Source of the DNA: Thermoplasmatota archaeon
Lineage (GTDB): Archaea > Thermoplasmatota > E2 > JACPAO01 > JAHFTW01
Assembly: GCA_041601615.1 (NCBI GenBank)
Contig: JBFIHX010000011.1
Span: 11,375 to 75,374, forward strand
Length of the DNA: 64,000 nucleotides
Direction of reading: 5' to 3'
The notes below the pieces were generated by a model that was not told the DNA's origin, made no database searches, and saw only the letters and a program-made list of their open reading frames with translations. The position numbers and the translations under genes were made by a program. Shown here piece after piece: positions 49,326 through 61,382 of this stretch. Numbering within the stretch: the stretch's first letter is position 1; each line of letters starts with the position of its first letter.

Positions 49326-49656
49326 GGAGTAGCTCCGTCCCGATGGGACGATTGTGGCGAAGGGTCACCCACCAAAAACCCCTGGAGGCGGTTCCCATTC
49401 CACTAGAAATGAGGGGCTTTGTCTGGACGTCCCTAGCGTCGTGCGTGCTTGCTCCGCAGCAAGATATGGAGGTTGCAAACCCCGGAGGTGGCAGACGTGG
49501 CCAGCGAGTGGCTCCATTTGTTCCTGCGACGTCCCGATGAGCATCGGCGCAGCTCCCAGCGCCCGTCGTTCCAGCGTGCCGTTGGATGGGCTCCTAAACC
49601 CGAACCTGTCCACCTAGGTTGGAAACGTTCAAGTCGCACACGGGGTGGGCGAAAGC

Positions 49657-50484
49657 ATGGCCTTCGACCTGGAAGGAAAGCGCGCGCTCGTATTTGGTGT
49701 CGCAAGCGATACAAGCATCGCCTGGGGCATTGCCCAGGAGTTGGCAAACCATGGCGTCAAGGTCACCATGGGCTACCAGAAGCGCTTCCTAAGCCGCGTC
49801 ATGAGCCTCTTCAAGGACACGCCCTGGATCGAAGGCTGGTACGAATGCGACGTATCCCAAGAAGAATCCGTTCGGAGCTTCTTCGAGCAGGCGCCAGGCA
49901 AATTCGACATGATGGTGCACTGCATCGGCTTTGCACCCGCCACCGCCCTCCAGGACGAACTCATCAACACCACAAGCGAGGACTTTGCCACCGCCCTCGA
50001 CGTCAGCGCCTACAGCCTCGTGCGGTTGTGCCGATTCGCTGAGCCCAACATGAACGACGATGGCAGCGTCGTGTGCCTCACCTACCTCGGCGCCGACCGC
50101 GTCGTCCCAGGCTACCGCGTCATGGGTACTGCCAAGGCTGCCCTGCAAGAACTAACCCGAGAATTGGCCGTCTGCATGGGTCCCCGTGGCATCCGCGTCA
50201 ACGCCATCAGCGCCGGCCCCATCCGCACCCTCGCTGCTTCCGGAGTCCCTGGCTTCGACAGCATCCTCGACTGGATGGCCCACAGCGCGCCCCTGAAGCG
50301 CAACGTATCGCAAGCGGACGTCGCCGGCAGCGCCCTGTTTTTGCTCTCGGAGCTCGGCAGCGGAGTCACCGGCCAGACCCTGTACGTGGACGGCGGCTAC
50401 AGCATCGTCGGCGTGCCACCAGAACTAGACAAAGTTCGGTTGCCTGGAAAAGGTGCAAAGCCGATATCGTTTGGGATGGGCTAA
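49657..50484 (+). CDS. fabI: Enoyl-[acyl-carrier-protein] reductase FabI (bacterial type)
   Basis: GVASDTSIAWGIA, HCIGFAP, DVSAYSL, LTYLG, YRVMGTAKAAL and NAISAGPIRTLAASG. Confidence 0.9.
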   Translation: MAFDLEGKRALVFGVASDTSIAWGIAQELANHGVKVTMGYQKRFLSRVMSLFKDTPWIEGWYECDVSQEESVRSFFEQAPGKFDMMVHCIGFAPATALQDELINTTSEDFATALDVSAYSLVRLCRFAEPNMNDDGSVVCLTYLGADRVVPGYRVMGTAKAALQELTRELAVCMGPRGIRVNAISAGPIRTLAASGVPGFDSILDWMAHSAPLKRNVSQADVAGSALFLLSELGSGVTGQTLYVDGGYSIVGVPPELDKVRLPGKGAKPISFGMG

Positions 50485-50561
50485 TCCACAAAGGTGGACA
50501 CGCAGCTAAGTTTATCGATTGTCTCGAATAAAGTTTTCATTCTTGATGGCGATTACCTAGA

Positions 50562-50798
50562 ATGCGTTTCGTCCTGATCTCGGTGCTCGCCTGCGTGGTC
50601 GCTGCCCCTGCTGTTTCCGCTGACTATTTCACTGTGTTTGGGGAAGCTGCAGGAGTTCCATATTCGGTTGGGCCTGTTCCGACCGTCACCGATGTATGCA
50701 CTAACTATTTCTGGTACGAAACAACTGATTTTGGCGTTTTCTACTCGAATGGAAAATTCAACAAAGGTGGCTGCGCCATATTCATCCGCGCTCTGTAA
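50562..50798 (+). CDS. Small secreted disulfide peptide (paralog of 47266..47508)
   Basis: GEAAGVPYSVGP...C..YETTDFGVFYS.G...GGCAIFIRAL. Confidence 0.75.
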   Translation: MRFVLISVLACVVAAPAVSADYFTVFGEAAGVPYSVGPVPTVTDVCTNYFWYETTDFGVFYSNGKFNKGGCAIFIRAL

Positions 50799-50894
50799 GC
50801 CAATCCCGCCCCGGCTCTGTTCATTCTTTTTCCCTGCTCCAGTTCCCAGCACCCTCCTCGACCCCCTTTTCAAGCCCCCCCGACTCGCCGGACT

Positions 50895-51446
50895 GTGCGC
50901 GTCGTGGGGATCACGGGAATGCCGGGTAGTGGCAAGTCGGAAGCGGTGGCGGTGGCCCAAGAACGCGGCTACCCCGTCATTCGCATGGGTGATTTGATCT
51001 GGGACGAAGTTGCGCGCCAGGGACTGCCCCGTGCCTCCGTGCATGTGGGCAGGGTCGCCAATGAAATGCGCCACATCCACGGCGACGATGTGTGGGCATT
51101 GCGCACCGCCCAACGCGTCAAGGAACGTGCAATCGGCCAAGACATCGTCTTGATCGACGGCATTCGCAGCAACCACGAGGTCGAAACGTTTCGGCGCGAA
51201 TTGGGAGACGACTTCGTGCTCGTGGCCATCCACACAGACCCCGAAGAGCGCCATGCTCGCTTGACGCGCCGCGCCCGCGACGACGACCCCACGGATCATG
51301 CGGCCCACAAGGATCGTGATTCGCGGGAATTGAACTGGGGGATTGCTCGCACCATCGCCATGGCAGACGAAATGGTGGTCAATGACGCGGACTTGGTGAC
51401 ATTCCGCGCTCGCGTGGCGAGCTTGTTGGACGAAGTTGCAGCCTAA
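50895..51446 (+). CDS. Archaeal P-loop nucleotide kinase (UPF0200 / dephospho-CoA-kinase-like)
   Basis: ITGMPGSGKS, MGDLIWDE, IDGIRS..E and RDSRELNWGI. Confidence 0.85.
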   Translation: MRVVGITGMPGSGKSEAVAVAQERGYPVIRMGDLIWDEVARQGLPRASVHVGRVANEMRHIHGDDVWALRTAQRVKERAIGQDIVLIDGIRSNHEVETFRRELGDDFVLVAIHTDPEERHARLTRRARDDDPTDHAAHKDRDSRELNWGIARTIAMADEMVVNDADLVTFRARVASLLDEVAA

Positions 51447-51544
51447 GGTTGCGTGAATGGGACCAACTTGGCCAGCATCGCTTGGTTGGTTTGTTGGGCG
51501 AACTTGGTTAGCCTCGCATGGCTGGCTTGCTAGGCAAGCTCGGC

Positions 51545-52327
51545 CTAGTTTTTGCTGCCGTTGGTGGCCTTCGCGGCACGTTCCTGGTCCCGCCGCACAC
51601 GTTCTTCGGCCATGCGTCGAATGACCTCGGCGGCAGAAGGATCCCCGGCAAGGTCTCGGATTCCATCCTCGCTCGGCACCTTGAATGCAGCGGTCGGCGC
51701 GGCCGATTTCGTTGCTGCGACGGGTGCGACCGCTTCGTGCTCATCCAAATCTGCCGGTTCCACGCGCACACGGGGCTTGCCCACGGCGGGCGGTCCTTCT
51801 TCGCGCCACTTGCGACGCATGGCGTCCTGCGCTTCCTCGAAGGTGTTGGTTTTGCCGTAGGGCCGGGCCGATTTGGCCTCGCGGTCCCACATGTAAAGCT
51901 CCACGCCGGCGGTGACCAGAAGCCCGATGCTCATGGGGTCAGGGTATTCTTCCTCGAACACAACGCGCGTGATGCCGCAATTGGCAATCATGCGGCTGCA
52001 CTGGGTACAGGGTTGCGTGGTGCAGTAGATTTCTGCGCCCTCGATGCTGACGCCCGTCGTCGCCGCTTGAAGGATGGCGTTCTGTTCCGCGTGCAGGCAC
52101 GGGCAAACGTCTGCCATCATGCCGCGGGGAATGTTCAGTTCCTCGCGCAGGCAGCCGGTGTCGCAAGGATGCGGAAAGTTACGAGGGGCGCCATTGTAGC
52201 CCGTGGTAAGGACGCGCTTGTCCTTGACAATCAACGCACCCACTTGGCGACGCGGGCAGGTGCCACGGGACTTGACAAGGTGTGTCATGTCCATGAAGTA
52301 CTGCTCGACGGTGGGGCGGTCGTCCAC
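51545..52327 (-). CDS. dCMP deaminase (ComEB/CDA family) with C-terminal extension
   Basis: TCPRRQVGA, TGYNG, HAEQNAI and PCTQC. Confidence 0.9.
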   Translation of the reverse strand: MDDRPTVEQYFMDMTHLVKSRGTCPRRQVGALIVKDKRVLTTGYNGAPRNFPHPCDTGCLREELNIPRGMMADVCPCLHAEQNAILQAATTGVSIEGAEIYCTTQPCTQCSRMIANCGITRVVFEEEYPDPMSIGLLVTAGVELYMWDREAKSARPYGKTNTFEEAQDAMRRKWREEGPPAVGKPRVRVEPADLDEHEAVAPVAATKSAAPTAAFKVPSEDGIRDLAGDPSAAEVIRRMAEERVRRDQERAAKATNGSKN

Positions 52328-52411
52328 GGGCGGCCGAGGCCCAGAGCAATTGAAAGGGTCATCGCCGCAAATCGTCGGAGGGCTCTTGGATGAAGCTGGC
52401 GTCTGAATCAC

Positions 52412-52810
52412 ATGGAGTCTCGCATTAGTTTCGTAACGCTTGGAGTCCAGGAGCTTGCGCGCTCGACTCGATTCTACGAGGAGGTCCTTGGGCTTCCGCG
52501 CCTCTCGACGCCGCCTAGTGTCGCGTTTTTCGAGATGGGTCGCACATGGCTGTCGTTGTATCCGCACTCAGAGCTTGCCGCCGACGCCGGGGTTCCCGCC
52601 GAGGGCAGCGGATTTGCCGGGTTCGCGCTTGCGCACAATCTAGGATCGAGGGAGGAAGTCGATGCCCTACTTTCGCACGTCAAAAGTCATGGCGGCCGCA
52701 TCGTCAAGCCCGCACACGCCACCGACTGGGGCGGCTATTCAGGGTACTTTGCCGATCCCGACGGATTCCTTTGGGAAGTGGCTTGGAATCCCGATTTTCC
52801 GCATGTGTAG
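52412..52810 (+). CDS. VOC/glyoxalase family protein
   Basis: ISFVTLGV..L.RS..FYE, WGGYSGYFADPDG..WEVAWNP. Confidence 0.9.
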   Translation: MESRISFVTLGVQELARSTRFYEEVLGLPRLSTPPSVAFFEMGRTWLSLYPHSELAADAGVPAEGSGFAGFALAHNLGSREEVDALLSHVKSHGGRIVKPAHATDWGGYSGYFADPDGFLWEVAWNPDFPHV

Positions 52811-53094
52811 TTTGCCAGCGGATTGCGTGGGGTGGTGTTGAGTGGTGCTGGGTGGTGCAGGGTCGTGCCGGGGGTGGTTGGGTCGTCGGCCGGGGGCCGG
52901 CGGCCCTTCTGGGGTCATCCGAGAGCTTGATTCGTCCTATGCGATGCACCGGTTGTCAGGGGCCATCGGGTGCACGGGGCGCAGCGGTTGCCTACCCCAT
53001 TATTGGACGGGTTTTTTCTCGACCGGAAGCATGGGGAGGAACCCGGTCAAGCGTCACGGGAAGGCGCACCCCCCTCCATCCTAAGGAGAAGCAT

Positions 53095-53115
53095 GTTCCA
53101 CAGGAAACCAAGGGG
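53095..53115 (+). promoter_or_regulatory. Origin recognition box (ORB) GTTCCACAGGAAACCAAGGGG upstream of cdc6
   Basis: Matches the archaeal ORB consensus GTTCCA-N2-GGAAAC plus G-string, ~150 bp upstream of orc1/cdc6. Confidence 0.75.
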
Positions 53116-53268
53116 TCCGTTCATGGCTCGGGAACCTATATCACCGAAGCACCAATGGGTCGTTTTGCTTCGCGTCCGACCGATGTTGCGCCTGGAACCT
53201 GTGGGAGGGATTTCCAGCGTACACAGCCCCATCGGGACAGGCGCATGTATCTGGGAGGAACATTACAA

Positions 53269-54573
53269 GTGGTGGTCAACGATCTGTTCGGGCAACTGTT
53301 AGAGGTAGAACCCCTCTTTCAAAACAAGGAAGTGATGCGGTCTTCGTACACTCCAGAAGAGCTTCCGCACCGGGAGGCCGAGATTCGTGGGCTGGGGTCG
53401 ATCCTTGTCCCGGCATTGCGCGGCGAAACGCCGAGCAACGTCTTCATCTACGGCAAAACCGGCACCGGCAAGACAGCCTGCGTCAAGTACGTCGGCAACG
53501 AATTGGTGAAGAAGGGCCGCGAACCGGAAATCGGCAAGCGCGTCAATCTCATCTACATCAACTGCGAAGTCGTCGATACTCAGTACCGCGTCCTGCAAAA
53601 CATTGCCAACTCCTTCGTGCCCGCAGACAAGTGGTCGCACCGCATCCCATTCACTGGCTGGCCCACGGACGAGGTCTACGAGGCGCTACGCAAGTACGCC
53701 GACGGCCAAACCAAGGGCGACAATGAGCAATGGATTCCCGACTCCACGCGCAAGGCGGGAGAAGTGACCGTTGTAGTGCTCGATGAAGTGGACAAGCTCA
53801 AGGGCGACGAAGTCCTCTACACGCTCACCCGCATCAACACCGACCTTAAGAACAACAAGGTCAGCGTCATTGGCATCAGCAACGACCTCAAATTCACGGA
53901 ATTCCTCGACCCCCGCGTCAAATCCAGCCTCGGCGAAGAATCGATGATCTTCCCGCCCTACGACGCGCACCAACTCGAAGACATCCTTGGCCAGCGCGCC
54001 AACATGGCCCTCAAGAAGGGCATCCTCGACGAAGGCGTCATTCCCTTGTGTGCGGCTCTTGCCGCCCGCGAACACGGCGACGCCCGCCGTGCCCTGGACC
54101 TTCTCCGCGTGTCTGCTGAGCTCGCCGAGCGCGAGCGCCAAAAGACAGTGCGCGAATCCTATGTGCGCATGGCCCAGAACAAGATCGAATTGGACCGCAT
54201 CAGCGAAGTGGTCCGCACGCTCCCGACGCAGAGCAAGCTCGTGCTTCTGGCGACCATCCAAGGCGAGGAAATGAACAAGGAAGTGGGCGTGCAAACGCTC
54301 ACCACGGGCGAGGTATTTGCGATTTACAAGGACCTGTGCAAGCAGACCAGTTGCGACATACTCACCCAGCGACGCATCACGGACCTCATCTCGGAATTGG
54401 ACATGCTCGGCATCTTCACAGCCCGCGTGATCAGCAAGGGGCGCTACGGCCGCACCCGCGAGATCCAGATGTCTTGCCCCATCGATTCTACGCGAACGGT
54501 GCTAGGCGAGGATGAGATCATTCGCACGGTCGTGGACTTCAAGCCCCGGCGCCAGAACCGGTTGCTCCAGTAG
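53269..54573 (+). CDS. cdc6: Orc1/Cdc6 replication initiator
   Basis: PEELPHRE, Walker A YGKTGTGKT, Walker B VLDEVD, DPRVKSSL, HGDARRALDLL and wHTH SKGRYGRT. GTG start after GGAGG. Confidence 0.96.
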   Translation: MVVNDLFGQLLEVEPLFQNKEVMRSSYTPEELPHREAEIRGLGSILVPALRGETPSNVFIYGKTGTGKTACVKYVGNELVKKGREPEIGKRVNLIYINCEVVDTQYRVLQNIANSFVPADKWSHRIPFTGWPTDEVYEALRKYADGQTKGDNEQWIPDSTRKAGEVTVVVLDEVDKLKGDEVLYTLTRINTDLKNNKVSVIGISNDLKFTEFLDPRVKSSLGEESMIFPPYDAHQLEDILGQRANMALKKGILDEGVIPLCAALAAREHGDARRALDLLRVSAELAERERQKTVRESYVRMAQNKIELDRISEVVRTLPTQSKLVLLATIQGEEMNKEVGVQTLTTGEVFAIYKDLCKQTSCDILTQRRITDLISELDMLGIFTARVISKGRYGRTREIQMSCPIDSTRTVLGEDEIIRTVVDFKPRRQNRLLQ

Positions 54574-54579
54574 CAACCA

Positions 54580-54608
54580 TTCTTCCTTCCTTTCCTTCTT
54601 CCCCTTTG
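54580..54608 (+). terminator. Pyrimidine tract after cdc6, putative terminator
   Basis: TTCTCCTTCCTTTCCTTCTTCCCCTTT directly after the stop codon. Confidence 0.55.
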
Positions 54609-54685
54609 ATAATTGCTTGCTCTATGACTCCGGCTGATTCGCGGGGAACGAGACGAGCAGAGGCCCAGGAATGACTGACTGGGGC

Positions 54686-55750
54686 CTATTCTTGGGAGGT
54701 GCCGTCTTCCGCGTCTTCGTCGCGGCGGGCTGCTCGGACCTTCTGGACCTTCTCTACCAGGAACGGACTGGCCACGAGCGTGCCTATGGTCAGCACCATC
54801 ATGGTCTTGACGTCGCCGGGGGCGTTGTCGAAGTTGCAGGGGATGCGAGGATCCCCGGAGCAGCCGTTGACAAGATCACTTACCCAGAGTTTGACGAGTC
54901 CAACCCAGGGCACTTCGCCGCGGGCTTTGCCAAGTATCCAGTCGGGCCGCACGGGGAGTCCATTGATGTTGGGAAGGTCGGCGCCGGCGTTGTTGTCTCC
55001 GAGCGTGACGAACCCGGAATCTTCGGGCCCGAGTCTCTCTAGGTGGTGGGCGTTGTCCAAGTTGCGTGCCTGCATGTTGTAGAGGCAGACGTTGGCTAAT
55101 TCGCTCAGCGGCACATGGTCGAGTCCGCATTCCAAGATGCTGTAGGTGCCGTTGCCGTGGATGTCGAGCCAGAACATGGCGCGGTGGATGATCGGAACAG
55201 CGGTCTTGGAGCCGCCGGGGCGGTAGATGATGACGTCGCCGCAGGCACCGTAGGAGTCGTGCTTGCAGGCGCATGAATATTGGTCGTAGTCCGTGACGTC
55301 GCAACGCGCTTGGCTGCCGAAAGTCAATACGTCGCTGCGTTTGTCTATGTCTTTGACGAACACCAGATCGCCGGGGTCGATGGTGCCAAGGCGGCCAAAC
55401 GTGCCTTCGCACTGGGAACTCAGCACCGCAGAGCGGCCTTGGTCGCAGTGCATCATGCTGCCGGATTCGATGACGACCACAGGACTGTCGCCGAATTTCT
55501 GGCCGGTTCCGCCCCACAAGAGGGCCACGGCAATCAGGATGACGAATGCGCCGATGGCCAGCTCTCGCAGCATGGGATTGGGCCGTTCGTCGGATACGAG
55601 GAACCTGTGGAATCCGGGCGCATTGTGGCGCGCCCAGCGCTTGAGTCCCTTGAGTCGACCGGGCTCCTCTGGCTCGGCAGTTCCTGGAGGCGCGGGGGCC
55701 TCGGTGTCCTGCAGTCGGGGGTCCTGGTCGTTCCGGTCGTCCGGTTCCAC
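54686..55750 (-). CDS. Signal peptidase I (S26, archaeal/ER type)
   Basis: VVIESGSMM, GDLVFV, IIHRA, TLGDNN and GEVPWVG; TATA-like CTTTAAG ~25 nt upstream. Confidence 0.9.
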   Translation of the reverse strand: MEPDDRNDQDPRLQDTEAPAPPGTAEPEEPGRLKGLKRWARHNAPGFHRFLVSDERPNPMLRELAIGAFVILIAVALLWGGTGQKFGDSPVVVIESGSMMHCDQGRSAVLSSQCEGTFGRLGTIDPGDLVFVKDIDKRSDVLTFGSQARCDVTDYDQYSCACKHDSYGACGDVIIYRPGGSKTAVPIIHRAMFWLDIHGNGTYSILECGLDHVPLSELANVCLYNMQARNLDNAHHLERLGPEDSGFVTLGDNNAGADLPNINGLPVRPDWILGKARGEVPWVGLVKLWVSDLVNGCSGDPRIPCNFDNAPGDVKTMMVLTIGTLVASPFLVEKVQKVRAARRDEDAEDGTSQE

Positions 55751-55882
55751 AAGGAGCGCAGCCAGCCTCCCGCCTTAAAGGTCCGGCACGGGGGCGCGGG
55801 CCAAACACGCGACGGGTCAATGCGGGCCGCGACTTCCTGCACCCATGCGTTCATGAATGCCGCCCCGGTGGGCGACCCGTAG

Positions 55883-56491
55883 ATGGGTGCCTACTCGGTT
55901 TCGGCGGTTCGTGGGGCGGAGGCGGCGCTTCCCACAGAGCACGGTGATTTTCGCATTGTCGCCTACCGCGACATCCAAACAGGCCGCGAGCACGCCGCCA
56001 TCGTCAAAGGGGACCTAGCAGGCGCCCAGGCTGTTCTATGCCGCATTCATTCTGAGTGCCTGACGGGCGACGTGCTCGGTTCACTGCGGTGCGACTGCGG
56101 GCCGCAATTGGACGACGCGCTTGCTCGCATCGAAGCGGAAGGAGCCGGGCTCGTTCTGTATCTGCGCCAAGAAGGTCGCGGCATCGGCCTCATTGACAAA
56201 ATCGCCGCCTATGAATTGCAAGAGCAGGGGCTCGACACGGTGGAGGCAAACCTGCGCTTGGGCCACCCTGAAGACGCACGCACCTACGACGCTGCCCTCG
56301 ACATGCTGCGCGACCTAGGTGTTGCAAGCATCCGGCTGCTTACCAACAATCCGGCCAAAGTGGACGCCCTAGAGGGCCTTGGATTCGAAATCACGGAGCG
56401 CGTGGCGCACGAAATGCCGCCGCACGCACACAACCGGGCGTACCTGCGCACCAAGAAAGAGCGCATGGGACACACCCTCGAACGGGTTTGA
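55883..56491 (+). CDS. ribA: GTP cyclohydrolase II
   Basis: RIHSECLTGD..GSLRCDCG, QEGRGIG, LLTNNP.K and YLRTKKERMGH. Confidence 0.95.
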   Translation: MGAYSVSAVRGAEAALPTEHGDFRIVAYRDIQTGREHAAIVKGDLAGAQAVLCRIHSECLTGDVLGSLRCDCGPQLDDALARIEAEGAGLVLYLRQEGRGIGLIDKIAAYELQEQGLDTVEANLRLGHPEDARTYDAALDMLRDLGVASIRLLTNNPAKVDALEGLGFEITERVAHEMPPHAHNRAYLRTKKERMGHTLERV

Positions 56492-56509
56492 AGCCGGAGC
56501 CGGACTCGG

Positions 56510-56905
56510 CTACCAGAGGTCCAGGAACTTGCCAAGCGAGCCGCCAAGCAACCAGGCGGTGTAGCCGATGCGCAGGGCGAGTCCCAGCGTGGGCATGAGG
56601 AAGAGGAAAAGTATCGCCGCCGCAAGGCTCCAGGTGATCATTACGCCCCCGTAGAGGCCGCTTGCGCCGAAGGTGCCCCGCATCATTCGAATGCCCAGAA
56701 TGACACTGGCAATCGTGGCAAGTTCCAATGCGAACGGAACGCCGAACGTTCCTGCGGTCCAGAAAGCGGCCACCAAAAGCAGCACGGAAGCAACGAGGCG
56801 GTTGCCGATCCGGTCGACGAGGTCCAGCCGGCCCGATTCCTTGCCTGTTGCACCTTTGGCTTCCGCAGCCTGCGACGAAGAGGAACCGTCCACGGTCCCG
56901 ACCAA
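56510..56905 (-). CDS. Small membrane protein
   Basis: About 4 hydrophobic segments. Confidence 0.55.
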   Translation of the reverse strand: MVGTVDGSSSSQAAEAKGATGKESGRLDLVDRIGNRLVASVLLLVAAFWTAGTFGVPFALELATIASVILGIRMMRGTFGASGLYGGVMITWSLAAAILFLFLMPTLGLALRIGYTAWLLGGSLGKFLDLW

Positions 56906-56955
56906 GCGCAGTTCGGCTTAAGCGTGACGAGCCGCCAAGCGCCGGCCCCCCAGAT

Positions 56956-57273
56956 CTACCACTTGCCCATCAGCTTAAGGACGCCAAGAACGAGCAGCAA
57001 GACGGCCGCCACAATTTCGATGATGCCGCCCAGTGTCTTACCGATGCCAAGCACATCCGGAAACAGAAGCAGAAGCCCCAGCACCAGCAACACGATGGCG
57101 AACGTGGTGCGGCCTTGCATCTTGCCCAGCAGCATCAGGATTCCCACCACCACGGCGGCCACAGCGGCGACCGTGACAATCCAGCCGAGGCCGATTTGTC
57201 CAAGCAAACCGAGCGCGCCGACCACGACGAGGACGATGCCGACTGCGGTATCCATCGTGCTGAGGTTTCCCAT
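56956..57273 (-). CDS. Small 4-TM membrane protein
   Basis: Almost entirely hydrophobic 105-aa ORF. Confidence 0.65.
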   Translation of the reverse strand: MGNLSTMDTAVGIVLVVVGALGLLGQIGLGWIVTVAAVAAVVVGILMLLGKMQGRTTFAIVLLVLGLLLLFPDVLGIGKTLGGIIEIVAAVLLLVLGVLKLMGKW

Positions 57274-57466
57274 GGGTCGCGCAAGCGTCGCGGGGTTCTT
57301 CACGAAAGCGGTCCACATTTCGCTGCCGCCCCCGCCATTGCTCAGAACCGTAACGGCCACTTCCTATCGACTCCTTGCCTGCCACTGCGACGGCGGTCAC
57401 GTCCAAACGGTTTCACTGACCCCCTCCCCAATGGTTTTGCCAAGGCCACGCGTCAAAGGATCGCCG

Positions 57467-60295
<2,829 letters not shown>

Positions 60296-60387
60296 GTCAC
60301 AGGAAGGAATCAAGGGCGCGGAGCCCTTTTCAGAGTTAGAAATGGTTATCTAAGGCCCCCAAGTCGCGCGCCATGCGCAAGCCGCTT

Positions 60388-60460
60388 GCTCCGTTGGTGT
60401 AGCGGCCAATCATGACGGCCTCTCACGCCGTCGACAGGGGTTCAAATCCCCTACGGAGCA
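60388..60460 (+). tRNA. tRNA-Glu (anticodon CTC)
   Basis: Acceptor GCTCCGT/ACGGAGC, anticodon arm ACGGC-CTCTCAC-GCCGT, T-arm AGGGG-TTCAAAT-CCCCT; CCA not encoded. Confidence 0.95.
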
Positions 60461-60802
60461 TCCCTATTACGGCCAATCCCTGGTTTTTGGGCAAATATCG
60501 CCCAGGCTGGGGGGCGTCCAGTCTCGATGGATTGGCGCTCGGATTGGCCAACTCTAGTTCAGGTGGAGGGGCTTTGCCTGGCCTTCGTTCTGTGCACGAC
60601 ACGCTCTAGCACGCGGGCGATCCTGAAAAATTGCCAGCACGTTCAATTTTGTGCGCTCTGTTCTTTCTGCTTTGGGTCGCAGTTGGGGGGATCGTGGCGC
60701 GGAATACATGGATTCGCCGCTTCTCTTGAAGAATCATCCACTCCAGTTATTCTCTAGGTCCGCCTTGAAAAGACAGCTGTGTGGAAGCACTTGAACGGTA
60801 CG

Positions 60803-60868
60803 GTCTAACGGTCGAGGTAAGCCGCTTCGAGCCGGAGGCGAAGGGTCGCGTCGAGCGACTTGTTAGGG
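60803..60868 (-). repeat. attC site 1 (degenerate L boxes)
   Basis: Minus strand CCCTAAC AAGTC GCTCGACG ... GCTTACC TCGACC GTTAGAC; the HxlR stop codon lies inside R''. Confidence 0.75.
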
Positions 60869-61204
60869 CGCGACGAGCGCGTGGTTTTTGCCCCATTCGT
60901 GCATTTTGACGAAGACCGGCACGAGGTCGACAAACTTCTCGGTGGCCTCGTACTCGACGCGCAGGGGCACTTCAGCATACTCGTGGCGCTCAAGCAAACC
61001 TGCACGCACTAGGTCTTTGAGCCTCTGCACGAGTGTGTTGCGAGGCACGTTTGTCGCGGCTAATAAGGGATTGAACCGGATGGCCCCATCCTGCACCGCC
61101 GTCGCGTGGAAAATCACGGTGTGCATGTGCGGCCGCCCCAGGAACGCGATTAGGTCACTAACCGGCGTGCGCAAGGCCTCATCCGGGGGTCGCGGAACAT
61201 CCAT
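60863..61204 (-). CDS. HxlR-family winged-helix transcription regulator (cassette gene)
   Basis: RFNPL...TLVQRLKDL..AGLLERHEYAEVPLRVEYEAT. Confidence 0.9.
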   Translation of the reverse strand: MDVPRPPDEALRTPVSDLIAFLGRPHMHTVIFHATAVQDGAIRFNPLLAATNVPRNTLVQRLKDLVRAGLLERHEYAEVPLRVEYEATEKFVDLVPVFVKMHEWGKNHALVAP

Positions 61205-61382
61205 GTCCGTCCATCCGAGCCTAGCATGAAGGGTTTTGCAGGTCCCGCGGGCGGGACTTGGTTCCTTATGGTATCCGCCCGCCCATGTGGTTCTATGGCC
61301 ACCACAGGCCCCCGGTATACGCTGGCCCCCCGATACCCATCCTTGCATGGCACAGGGTTGGTGCCGATGCACATAGTGCAGG

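Noticed and set aside
52546-53268. Long N-terminal extension of the Cdc6 ORF (675 aa)
   Set aside because: It overlaps the VOC gene and the ORB-containing intergenic region; homology and the RBS indicate a start at ~53269.
56924-57466. N-terminal extension of UvrA (1123-aa ORF)
   Set aside because: Antisense to a membrane-protein gene; UvrA homology starts at [12 protein letters not shown] (57467).
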